Positions 47,564 to 55,785 of a DNA stretch of 55,956 bases are shown here, one piece after another. How positions within the stretch are numbered: the stretch's first letter is position 1; each line of letters opens with the position of its first letter. The notes under the pieces are model-generated. The model was not told the origin of the DNA. It ran no database searches and saw nothing but the letters and a program-made list of their open reading frames with translations. The position numbers and the translations under genes are program-made. Source of the stretch: a virus (lineage: Duplodnaviria; Caudoviricetes); the IMG/VR virus record IMGVR_UViG_3300032303_001999, positions 1 through 55,956 of that record; one strand, given 5' to 3'.

Positions 47564-47606
47564 TGAACTCAAGGGCTTGCGTGACTAGGGTTTCTTTGCT
47601 CATGGA

Positions 47607-47924
47607 TTAGATACCGTCAGGAACACTGGGAGCCACAAACTGCACCGCATCAGCCTCATCATTTGTCTGGGAGGCTAGGATCAATCCCTTGCACCGCAGG
47701 TATTCGTTGCGGCAAGCGGCGATGTAGGACTTGATGGCCTCGCAACGCTCGGGTGGATAGATTCCAAGAGCGGCGTTTTGTTGCGTGGATTCGTCTAGGC
47801 CAGCAGATGATATTGTTAGACTTGTTATTTCCCTAACAAACTCAAGTTTTGCGTTTTTGCTTTCATCAAGAGATGATGCAATAGTTTCGACCAAAAACCC
47901 ATTTTGATAAATATCATTTTTCAT
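47607..47924 (-). CDS. Tail-fibre-associated/assembly-like protein
   Basis: Follows fibre-like genes; ATGA overlap. Confidence 0.55.
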   Translation of the reverse strand: MKNDIYQNGFLVETIASSLDESKNAKLEFVREITSLTISSAGLDESTQQNAALGIYPPERCEAIKSYIAACRNEYLRCKGLILASQTNDEADAVQFVAPSVPDGI

Positions 47925-48634
47925 TGATACCTCACATATATACACGGCGTGCCTTGGTTTGATATTGTTGGAGAAGCGGAGCTTGGAAATGTTGAAGATG
48001 ATATTGAAATTACAAATGGAAAATTAGCAAAAGTTAATGTACTTCCAGATAGGTCAACTCCGAAGAAAAACGTATGCGAAGATTCGGAGGATTGAACTAC
48101 GCCTCTAAATTGATTGGTGTTTGACGAACCAAACAAAGCTGTATAATACAATCCAGCATTGATTGAGAGGGTGGATGTTAAGACAACTGTTTTATGAGTA
48201 TTGTCATCGGTTGTTGCGGTTGTGGTAAAACTATTTCCAGTTGATGCTGTGAGTAACGTGCTTGGCTTTCCGTCTGAATCAGAATCGTATAATGCAACAT
48301 AGTTGGTAGAATTTGCAAATTGCTGTCCAAGCCTTATTGATAACGCATCTATTGTTCCTGCCTTTAGGAAGATTGGCGTACAATATGCTGTTGTTGCAAA
48401 ATTCGGATAGGTTGTAAGACCATTATCACCTCTTGCCCCAACTGGCGCATAAAGCCTTGTTGAGGCAAATGCCGTGATGTTTGGACGGATTAAAGCTGGC
48501 TTAAATGTTGCGTCACCAGCAAGACAAGTGAATTGGTTCCGTTGAGCAGGAGCAGGAACCAAACCCGCCGTGCCTCCGCTGGAACTGGTAGCTCCAACTA
48601 GATTCGATGGACTGCCGCCGCCAAGGAATCCCAT
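47921..48634 (-). CDS. Tail fibre/virion surface protein
   Basis: GATSSSGGTAGLVPAPA...L.GD.TF fibre repeat; S/T-rich beta domain. Confidence 0.65.
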   Translation of the reverse strand: MGFLGGGSPSNLVGATSSSGGTAGLVPAPAQRNQFTCLAGDATFKPALIRPNITAFASTRLYAPVGARGDNGLTTYPNFATTAYCTPIFLKAGTIDALSIRLGQQFANSTNYVALYDSDSDGKPSTLLTASTGNSFTTTATTDDNTHKTVVLTSTLSINAGLYYTALFGSSNTNQFRGVVQSSESSHTFFFGVDLSGSTLTFANFPFVISISSSTFPSSASPTISNQGTPCIYVRYQ

Positions 48635-48637
48635 ACC

Positions 48638-49753
48638 TTAACCCTCCCAAGCCACGAAAGCCTTACCAGTCGTGGCGCATAATACGTTGATGGCTTGCGT
48701 AGGAATAAAGCTGGTCTCAAAGATCATCCCGCCCCCGTTTGCGGATAGAAGCAATCCAGTGGTGGTAGTTGGCGTATATCCAACCCCAAGATACATCGCA
48801 GTGTCGGAGATATTCTGAATTACAAAATACTTTCTGGACGAGTTGGATGCCGCAACCTGTTGCGAGGTTCCTCCTGTCGTAATGGTGGACGAGCGAGTAG
48901 TAATTGTTCCAGTGGAGGAGAGCGCAGTAACGCTTCCGCTAACTGGCTGGGTTGTCTGCCAGAAAGTACCAGTTACTGGCGTAGTAGGTGCGGCAGCAAG
49001 AGAGACGGGCTGAGTAACTCCCGATCCGTCAACTGGAATCCTGCCCGATACAAGAGCTGGAATCTTCGCAAGAAGACTCGTCCAGTTCTGAAGTCCACGC
49101 TTAATAAATGCAATTACAGAGAATGTTCCAGTATCTGTTGTGGCAACCGCATCAGCCTTAGCCCCAAGATCCACCGCCGTCACTGCGCCAATGCTGTTTG
49201 TGCCTGGGGGAATAGCGGCGAGTAGCACGGAATAAACAGCGCCACTTGTATTTACTGAAATTTGTTTCCCGCCACCGCTAATATTTTCGTAACCGTAAAC
49301 ACCAACCGAGCCAGAAACAGGAAAATCACGATCAATCCCAAAGGTCGCTCCATCGCCATCTTGTAGGCCATACAATACATTATCAACATTTACCGTGCCA
49401 GAAATGGGCTGTGCATACGAACCAGCTGCTGCTGGTTGCAGTGCGACAAGCAAATTCCCGTCACTATCTAAGTTCATATCTGAAATTGCTTGGTCATCGT
49501 AATAAATAGTCAAAGCATCTCCGTTTGCGTGTGCTGACGATGCGGTTATGACAGAGCTATTTAGAGTAAGTGAAGTATTTGCTCCCTGCGTAAAGGCTTG
49601 GAGTGTTGTCGCTGAATCAGCGAAGTTATAGTAAGTTACATTCCTCGTCGTGTTGACGATTAGAAGTAACTGATCCCTGTCAATATTCACCCCTGTTAGG
49701 GTGATTACTCCAGTGGTTTTATTATAGGTATAATTTGGGGCGATTTGTTTCAT
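48638..49753 (-). CDS. Virion structural/fibre-like protein
   Basis: LLLIVN.T.NV.YYNFAD N-domain; QP[IV]SG repeats; C-terminal RKYFVIQNIS domain. Confidence 0.65.
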   Translation of the reverse strand: MKQIAPNYTYNKTTGVITLTGVNIDRDQLLLIVNTTRNVTYYNFADSATTLQAFTQGANTSLTLNSSVITASSAHANGDALTIYYDDQAISDMNLDSDGNLLVALQPAAAGSYAQPISGTVNVDNVLYGLQDGDGATFGIDRDFPVSGSVGVYGYENISGGGKQISVNTSGAVYSVLLAAIPPGTNSIGAVTAVDLGAKADAVATTDTGTFSVIAFIKRGLQNWTSLLAKIPALVSGRIPVDGSGVTQPVSLAAAPTTPVTGTFWQTTQPVSGSVTALSSTGTITTRSSTITTGGTSQQVAASNSSRKYFVIQNISDTAMYLGVGYTPTTTTGLLLSANGGGMIFETSFIPTQAINVLCATTGKAFVAWEG

Positions 49754-49756
49754 GCT

Positions 49757-51193
49757 TTATCCTAGGGCGATAGCAAATGCGATTAGGGTTGCTTGAAGGC
49801 TGGTTACTTCTGATATCGAGTGAGAATGAGAAGTTGGAGTTCTGCTATTTGAAAGCCTGGAATCATCTCCAGCACAGAAACTATTCGAAGTAGTTCCAAA
49901 TGTTCCTGTCGTTACAACGCCAGAGGTTGTCGTGATTAGCGGAAGATTGGCGGTTGAGCCTATTTTACCATCAGAGGTAAGATTGCCGTGAGTGTGAGAA
50001 GTAAGGGCAATCGTTCCAGTTGCATTTGGAAGGGTGATTGTCTTGTTGCTTCCGCTTGCAGAGCCTTTGAGCGTTGTTCTGGTTCCAGTAAAACCAAGTT
50101 GTATTGAGCCAGTTGCACGAGTGTCGATTGCTCCTCCACCATTTGAGGTATTGATGTATCCACCTACAGTTTGTGCCCCCAAACTAATTCTCACAATACG
50201 ACTCCCGACACCCTCTGGTTGTGACCAATAATCTCCTATTGGAATATCATTCCTTCCAATTTGAGAATTGCTCAAGTAGGCCAACACGGATTCTTCGCCT
50301 AAGATTCCCCATCCAGTGTAGTTAGGAGCAATCTGCGTAGTAAGCCCTAGAGGTCCAACTCCGTTAGTGAAATACATTAGTATTGGGTATATCCCTCCAC
50401 CCATATCAATCGTGCCAGCATACGAAAGCTCTGTTCCTATATACTGTGGTTCGTAAGAAGAATTGTAGTACCCGCTAGAACTATTGCTTCCGACTAACCC
50501 CCACCCGCCATGCGTAAAGATTGACCCGCCATTATACGAGGTGACGATAGATCCGCCTCGATACCCGCCAGCAACTCCAGACATAACCAAGCTCCCACCT
50601 CTGTCATTAAACGTAATATTATCGGATCCGATAAAAATAGATTTTCCAGAACCTTCTTCTACGGTTAATCCAGTTGGCTCGATGTAGGCATTTGCATAGT
50701 TCGCAGCCGCTCCGCCAGCCACTCCGAATCCCCATGCGCGTATTTCTGAACTAGTCCCGCCCGAAGCGGAACCTCCTACGGTTAATCCAGTTGGCTCGAT
50801 GTAGGCTTCTGCATAGTTCGCAGATACTCCGAATCCCCATGCGCCTATTTCTGAGTTGCCGTCACCACCTGACTGATTAAATGTTACAGCCTTATCTGTG
50901 TTTGGGCTAACTGCATTTGAGTGAATTAACTCGGCTGTATTTGCAATTCCGTGAACTGATGTAGTTGCGGAGTTATGGGTTGTTATTTTGCCATCAACCT
51001 CTACGGCGGCTTGATCAGGAAGATTGGCTGTTGGGACTTTTGAATTTGCGTCCAGCGGAGCGTATCCGTTCGCAACACCCTTATTAGCCTTGTCTTCCTT
51101 AAGCGTAAGGTTGATTATACCGCCGCCGTTTGTGTACGGAGTTGGTAGCGTCTCGTCCGTTGTTCCGCCTGTATATGGAAGTTGTATTGCCAC
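49757..51193 (-). CDS. Tail fibre-like protein with internal duplication
   Basis: KGVANGYAPLDAN.KVP, HTHGN, DDSRLSNSRTPTSHSH fibre motifs. Confidence 0.75.
   Translation of the reverse strand: MAIQLPYTGGTTDETLPTPYTNGGGIINLTLKEDKANKGVANGYAPLDANSKVPTANLPDQAAVEVDGKITTHNSATTSVHGIANTAELIHSNAVSPNTDKAVTFNQSGGDGNSEIGAWGFGVSANYAEAYIEPTGLTVGGSASGGTSSEIRAWGFGVAGGAAANYANAYIEPTGLTVEEGSGKSIFIGSDNITFNDRGGSLVMSGVAGGYRGGSIVTSYNGGSIFTHGGWGLVGSNSSSGYYNSSYEPQYIGTELSYAGTIDMGGGIYPILMYFTNGVGPLGLTTQIAPNYTGWGILGEESVLAYLSNSQIGRNDIPIGDYWSQPEGVGSRIVRISLGAQTVGGYINTSNGGGAIDTRATGSIQLGFTGTRTTLKGSASGSNKTITLPNATGTIALTSHTHGNLTSDGKIGSTANLPLITTTSGVVTTGTFGTTSNSFCAGDDSRLSNSRTPTSHSHSISEVTSLQATLIAFAIALG
50659..50854. repeat. Near-identical direct repeat (about 80-90 nt x2) within fibre gene
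   Basis: 50659-50749 vs 50776-50854, differing by a 12-nt indel and few substitutions. Confidence 0.9.
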
Positions 51194-51242
51194 AGATCAC
51201 ACGCTCCAACTTATAAGCAATCCAGCAAACAGGATCTGCGGT

Positions 51243-51253
51243 ATGCGTCGTTA
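51243..51253 (-). promoter_or_regulatory. Motif copy (plus strand ATGCGTCGTTA)
   Basis: 60 bp upstream of GTG 51193. Confidence 0.65.
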
Positions 51254-51520
51254 TCGTTTAACCATGTAATCCTTGGCGTATGCCCAAGCTGGGTTGTGAT
51301 GGATCTGGTTGTGGCAAGAAAAGCATACTCCAAGAAAGTACCCAGTATCGTTTAGCCTGTCCCCAAATCGCCCTTTTTTGTGATGGATTTGGTCTGCGAG
51401 CCTGGAATGGCAGACTTCGCACATAGGTTTCCTGTCTAGGTAATCCTTGCGGATCTTTGCGTAGAGCCTGTTTTGTTTGGCACGTTTCTTGGAGACCCTG
51501 CGGAGAGGCGACCTTTTCAA
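51251..51520 (-). CDS. HNH endonuclease
   Basis: CEVC...IHHKKGR...C..CH..IH. Confidence 0.85.
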   Translation of the reverse strand: MKRSPLRRVSKKRAKQNRLYAKIRKDYLDRKPMCEVCHSRLADQIHHKKGRFGDRLNDTGYFLGVCFSCHNQIHHNPAWAYAKDYMVKR

Positions 51521-51678
51521 TCCTGATTCTGGTCTCCGTACCCAAACGCTTTATTCTTAGCGCCTTCAAGTGCGCCAGTAATCCCGCCAATGTTTTCGAT
51601 TGCCTCCGTGTCTTGTTTCTTCTTTTTCTTGGACAGGCCTGTATCTGGGGTCGGGCCAGCGTATTCGTTTGCGTCCAT
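51517..51678 (-). CDS. YAGP-tag micropeptide (53 aa)
   Basis: Own translation MDANEYAGPTPDTGLSKKKKKQDTEAIENIGGITGALEGAKNKAFGYGDQNQD. Confidence 0.65.
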   Translation of the reverse strand: MDANEYAGPTPDTGLSKKKKKQDTEAIENIGGITGALEGAKNKAFGYGDQNQD

Positions 51679-51680
51679 AT

Positions 51681-52049
51681 TTAACCCAAGGTAAGGAGAT
51701 ACTTGAGCTGGTTGGCTGTCCCCAGCATTTCATCACGCAAGTTGAGTAAATCGGTATCTTTGGGCGAGAGCAGGGTAGGGAGGATTTCTACCAGGAACTT
51801 GATGAATCCGTTTATGTAGACCAAGAACTGGCCAGAGTAATCATCGAGCTGTATGTCGGCGCCGCCTGTAGGCCGTGAGTACTTTCCAATATAGACCTCG
51901 ATGAATTCGTCAATTGTCTCAGTCAATTCCTCGTAGGCTTTACCAAAGGCTTGGTGCTGGGCATAGGACTTGGTCTGCCAATGAAACAGCTTGATCTGGT
52001 TTTGGAATCCAAGAAATGAGCTTACGATGGCTTTGCCAGAGTTCTTCAT
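51681..52049 (-). CDS. Ferritin/Dps-like (DUF5856-like) protein
   Basis: KLFHWQTKSYAQHQAFG..YE....D.F.E...LRDEM...YLL. Confidence 0.8.
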   Translation of the reverse strand: MKNSGKAIVSSFLGFQNQIKLFHWQTKSYAQHQAFGKAYEELTETIDEFIEVYIGKYSRPTGGADIQLDDYSGQFLVYINGFIKFLVEILPTLLSPKDTDLLNLRDEMLGTANQLKYLLTLG

Positions 52050-52171
52050 TTTTTCTTTTTGGGAATGCAGTTAGGAACTGATTTCCCTTTTATCTCCTTA
52101 GTCCCAGCCATCTCGTAGTTTCTCCAGCATGGATCACTCTTTTTGGGGAGTGGCCCCGCATAGCTCTTCAT
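52046..52171 (-). CDS. YAGP-tag micropeptide with CW.NY..G.K...GK.VPNC motif (41 aa)
   Basis: Own translation MKSYAGPLPKKSDPCWRNYEMAGTKEIKGKSVPNCIPKKKK. Confidence 0.7.
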   Translation of the reverse strand: MKSYAGPLPKKSDPCWRNYEMAGTKEIKGKSVPNCIPKKKK

Positions 52172-52401
52172 TACTCGGAATAGGATTTACGGATGTCAAT
52201 CTTAGGAGCTTTGTCGGCGTATTTTGCACGTGCCATCTTAGTGTTTGGAACAAAGTCTTTAATTTTTTTGTATTTCGTTTTATTCCAGTTGGGATCGTTA
52301 ATGGAATTATCCGCCCCCATTCCAACGGCGTTATTCTGGTTCTCGGCGTCGGTGGCCATGTAGTTTGGGCCAGAGTATTTCGATGAAGGATAGTCTCCCA
52401 T
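52171..52401 (-). CDS. YSGP-tag small protein (76 aa)
   Basis: MGDYPSSKYSGPNY...KIDIRKSYSE; TAATG coupling to next gene. Confidence 0.65.
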   Translation of the reverse strand: MGDYPSSKYSGPNYMATDAENQNNAVGMGADNSINDPNWNKTKYKKIKDFVPNTKMARAKYADKAPKIDIRKSYSE

Positions 52402-52404
52402 AAA

Positions 52405-52563
52405 TTACTCTTGGTAGGATTTCTTTACGTCAATCTTGCGGGCCTTGCGGACTGGCTTTTTAGTCTCCAAGTCTGCCTCTCTTTTGGCTTCTTGGCTGTT
52501 TGGTGCCTCATCTTCTGGCCCCTCATCTGGGCTGGGGCCAACGTACTTCTTCATGTCTCTCAT
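52405..52563 (-). CDS. YVGP-tag micropeptide (52 aa)
   Basis: Own translation MRDMKKYVGPSPDEGPEDEAPNSQEAKREADLETKKPVRKARKIDVKKSYQE. Confidence 0.65.
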   Translation of the reverse strand: MRDMKKYVGPSPDEGPEDEAPNSQEAKREADLETKKPVRKARKIDVKKSYQE

Positions 52564-52613
52564 TCGGCGAGAATGGGAACGGCGACATTATTCCAAAAGC
52601 AGTATTAGGGTTG

Positions 52614-52624
52614 CGGCGACGCAT
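52614..52624. promoter_or_regulatory. Motif copy CGGCGACGCAT centred between divergent genes
   Basis: 61 bp to minus ATG 52563 and 61 bp to plus ATG 52675. Confidence 0.75.
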
Positions 52625-52674
52625 CGCTCCGCGGGGTGTGGTATCGCTTTTTATTTCAGATATTTGTCTTTGAA

Positions 52675-53253
52675 ATGGCCGACACAAAAGAGGCTTGGGA
52701 CAGATTGAAGACCGAGGGGTTCTTCACGCCACACCTGCGAGTCAAGCAAGCTGGCAACAAGGGGCTGGGTGTTTTTGCAGAAATTGATGTTGAGAAGGGG
52801 AAGCCGATTGAGTTTTGTCATTCTATTGTGATGGAGCATCGCAACCGCTACCAGCATGACCCAGAGTTTCGTCGCTATTCGTACTGGGCTAGTTGCGAGT
52901 GTGAAGAATGCAAAAGACACGGATCTCAGGCCGTCCTACCTTTGGGTAATGGTTGTATTTACAATTGCGCTGACTCAAAAGATTTGGCTAATTGCGCCTA
53001 CCAAGTGATTGCAAAAGAGAGGTTGGTTGTGTTTTTTGCCATTAAAGACATTAAAGCAGGGGAAGAAATTCTGACTTGGTGGGGGCAGGGGTATTACAAC
53101 CAATACTGCAAGGCTAGTTCTGCCCCCGATACGAAGGTGGCTGATGGTACAGCGTTGGCCACTTCTGATTCTTATCCAGCATCTCGTACTGAATCTTCGG
53201 ATCCACTCCCTGTCGAAATTTCGGTAGAATCACAAGCCGAGACCAGCCAGTAA
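52675..53253 (+). CDS. SET-domain protein (lysine methyltransferase-like)
   Basis: KGLGVFA..D...G..IE, LGNGCIYNC...NC, FFAIKDIKAGEEI motifs. Confidence 0.85.
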   Translation: MADTKEAWDRLKTEGFFTPHLRVKQAGNKGLGVFAEIDVEKGKPIEFCHSIVMEHRNRYQHDPEFRRYSYWASCECEECKRHGSQAVLPLGNGCIYNCADSKDLANCAYQVIAKERLVVFFAIKDIKAGEEILTWWGQGYYNQYCKASSAPDTKVADGTALATSDSYPASRTESSDPLPVEISVESQAETSQ

Positions 53254-53303
53254 GCTTATTAAAGACAGCAGACCTTCCAGCCTTGGGGATTTCTGTAAGT
53301 AGT

Positions 53304-53942
53304 TTAATCATCTTGGCTTCTCGTTGTTGCCTTTTCCTTAAGCACCTTTCGCCACAGCCGCCAAGCTGTTCCTGGTGAAAGGCCTAGGGTTCGCGACAAA
53401 TGACGGACGCTAACCACCTCACCAGAATCAATCACAAGCCTAGCGAGCTGGAGCTGTTCTTGGGTAACGGATGTAGTCCGACCACAATGAACGCCTCGAT
53501 CCATGGCGGCACGCATCCCAGCTTTGGTACGTTCCCTAATCAGATCTCGCTCAAACTCAGCCACGGCCGCCAACACATTGAGCTGTAGCTTGGAGGCGGG
53601 GTTCATTGTACCGCCTGTCGTGTCGATACCTTGGGAGGGGACACATAACCCGCAATCATACGAAAGAAGGTCGTTAATCAACCCAGCCAAGTGTTGGGTA
53701 GACCTGCCAAGCCTATCCAGCTTCCAAGCCAAGATAACTTGGATTTCCTTGTCCATAGCCGCCCGCATCATCTTGTCCAAGGCTGGGCGTTCGGTAACCG
53801 ACCCAGATATGCCGTGATCTTCGTAAAATACAGGAGTCCAACCGCGAGCCTTGCAGATCTGGGTAAGGTTATCCTTTTGGAGGTCGGTGTTCTGCTCGTC
53901 CGTCGATACCCTCAAGTATATGCCCGCATTTGATGTAGTCAT
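53304..53942 (-). CDS. Small serine recombinase (resolvase/invertase family)
   Basis: YLRVSTDEQ, GISG...RP, KLDRLGRS, AEFERDLIRERT, C-terminal HTH. Confidence 0.93.
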   Translation of the reverse strand: MTTSNAGIYLRVSTDEQNTDLQKDNLTQICKARGWTPVFYEDHGISGSVTERPALDKMMRAAMDKEIQVILAWKLDRLGRSTQHLAGLINDLLSYDCGLCVPSQGIDTTGGTMNPASKLQLNVLAAVAEFERDLIRERTKAGMRAAMDRGVHCGRTTSVTQEQLQLARLVIDSGEVVSVRHLSRTLGLSPGTAWRLWRKVLKEKATTRSQDD

Positions 53943-54052
53943 GCCCTGTAGTCCTCAAGTGTTGCCAGAAGTTGACTAGGGGCGTGTACACCGCTGGTCT
54001 GTAGTCCCCCCGTAGTCCCCCAGTACAGCTCCAGTGGCACTCCCAAAAAACT

Positions 54053-54225
54053 GGTAACGCTCAAGGTAACGGCCAAGTAACGAAAAGGTAACGGCAAAGT
54101 AACGGCAGAATAACGCCTCCGTAGTCAATTCAATCCAATGACTTGCGCTGATTGTAAGAAAAAGTAACGGCAAAGTAACGGCAAGGTAACGAAGAAGTAA
54201 CGCCTCTGGTAACGCAAAAGTAACA
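54053..54225. repeat. Iteron-like array (GTAACG core, 11-bp period, two blocks); candidate replication origin
   Basis: About 12 copies of (A/G)GTAACG spaced one helical turn apart, followed by an AT-rich tract near 54345-54365. Confidence 0.75.
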
Positions 54226-54830
54226 GGCAGAGTCCAGAAGCCAGAGGCTAGAAGCCAGATAATACACACATACAAAGCCGTCCAAAGTGCGTTCAACCCT
54301 ATGATGAATTTTGGACGCACAGACCAGAGGTGGCTTACGCCACTTTGTTTTTTTGTTTCTTAAAATGGGATTTGGGGAGACTGGGCTAACATTGGTCGAT
54401 CTAACGACTCAAATCAATTCTAGGGCCATTTATGAGCGATTGCGTGGCTTTTAATGTTAGAGTCTAACGTCAGAAAAGGGGGAGGGGGGTTATAGGGGTA
54501 AAAAATTTTTAGGGGGGGGTGGCTATTTCAAGTACCAGGACAAAGTAAGCGGCAGGGGGTGGGTGGGCTGTTGAAGTGGGGGAGGGTAGCTGTCTATTTC
54601 TTTTTATCGCAGACCACGACCAACTCGGATGCGTGGAATTGGGGGTTGGGTAGGGGTGGCCTCTGGGAATTTGCCTCTGTGCGCTGTCTCTGTCCCGCCT
54701 CTGTCCATCCGTGCCTAGCGTCCGTAAGCCTCCCTCATCGGACACCGCCCCATCTGCCCACCCTTTCGGACACTCCCGACCCCCATTCACGCACGTACCC
54801 CTAAACGCAAGAGGGGACATCCTTGCCCCT

Positions 54831-55091
54831 TTATTTAATGCCTACGCTCCGCATATTCCTCAATCGACAAAGGCCATCCCAATCAATGCCTACAAAGACC
54901 CGCTTCGCATACTCCCCAAACGATTCGCCCCAAACCTCCTTTTCACCTTCGGGCAGTTTCGACAAGCTGACCATGTATCCGCAAGCGATTCCCTCCACAC
55001 CCTCGATTCTGTGGCCGTCATTTACCAAAGAGCGCAAGGTTTCCAGTTCCTCGGCCGTCCTCACTTTAATCCATTCCGAGTTTTGTTTCAT
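54831..55091 (-). CDS. Hypothetical protein
   Basis: 86-aa ORF, ATGA overlap with upstream gene. Confidence 0.55.
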   Translation of the reverse strand: MKQNSEWIKVRTAEELETLRSLVNDGHRIEGVEGIACGYMVSLSKLPEGEKEVWGESFGEYAKRVFVGIDWDGLCRLRNMRSVGIK

Positions 55092-55375
55092 ATTTTCTCC
55101 AAGGTAATCGTCTTGGCCTTATGGTTGCACCGCATAAAAATTGCCTCCTTGTTTCGGGGTTCGGTCTTTAGGGATGCCCAGCACCTTTCCACCGCTGACA
55201 AGTCGGGCATTTCGGGGCAAATGGGGTGCGATATCGAGGACACATAAGCCCAGCCGTTTTCCAATTCTTCGAGCCTGTATTCCTCTATCCCGCACCTGTG
55301 CTTTGCCCGCTCTAAAGCTATGCGGGGATCTTCCTTAAATCCGTTCCACAATGTTTCCCAGTTCGTTGTATTCAT
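55088..55375 (-). CDS. Hypothetical protein
   Basis: MNTTNWETLW...; ATGA overlaps. Confidence 0.55.
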   Translation of the reverse strand: MNTTNWETLWNGFKEDPRIALERAKHRCGIEEYRLEELENGWAYVSSISHPICPEMPDLSAVERCWASLKTEPRNKEAIFMRCNHKAKTITLEKI

Positions 55376-55548
55376 ACCCTTGCGTCCTTGCCTGTTGCAA
55401 ACCACGCAAGCCTAGGTAGCTTTTTGATTTCTTGGGGCTTCAATCCTTTCCGTGATTCCAATACGCTTGCCTGTGCTTTTTTCAATAAAACCATCAATTC
55501 AAATTTATATTTTTCTGGTATCGTGTCGTTATCCCATTCGTTGCTCAT
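55372..55548 (-). CDS. Small hypothetical protein (58 aa)
   Basis: Own translation MSNEWDNDTIPEKYKFEL...; GGGGG SD-like; ATGA overlap. Confidence 0.5.
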   Translation of the reverse strand: MSNEWDNDTIPEKYKFELMVLLKKAQASVLESRKGLKPQEIKKLPRLAWFATGKDARV

Positions 55549-55785
55549 TTGTTCCCCCTTTGGTTAGTTTCTTAAAGAGTTTCCGTTGTTTGCTGATTGT
55601 CATGGTTGGGTTGGCCGTGGGGTTGAACCTTGGCCGTTGGTGTTAGCTCAACGCCATCACGCCGACATACGACCCGCAAAGGTCATACACCGACAGCGTC
55701 AAGTCAGTTGAAGTTTCGTTTTGGGTTTCCGTCCAGTTCAGTTCGTTGTTGTTGCTCATAGTCTGGAGTCCGTTGGCGTTGCGTT

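Noticed and set aside
50659-50854. Diversity-generating retroelement TR/VR pair
   Set aside because: Both copies are in frame within one gene, differences include an indel, and no reverse transcriptase is present in the window
53114-53311. 65-aa minus ORF after the resolvase
   Set aside because: Largely antisense to the SET gene tail, with no recognisable motif
53976-54320. 114-aa hydrophobic ORF
   Set aside because: RYLAVT-type repeats are the translation of the iteron array
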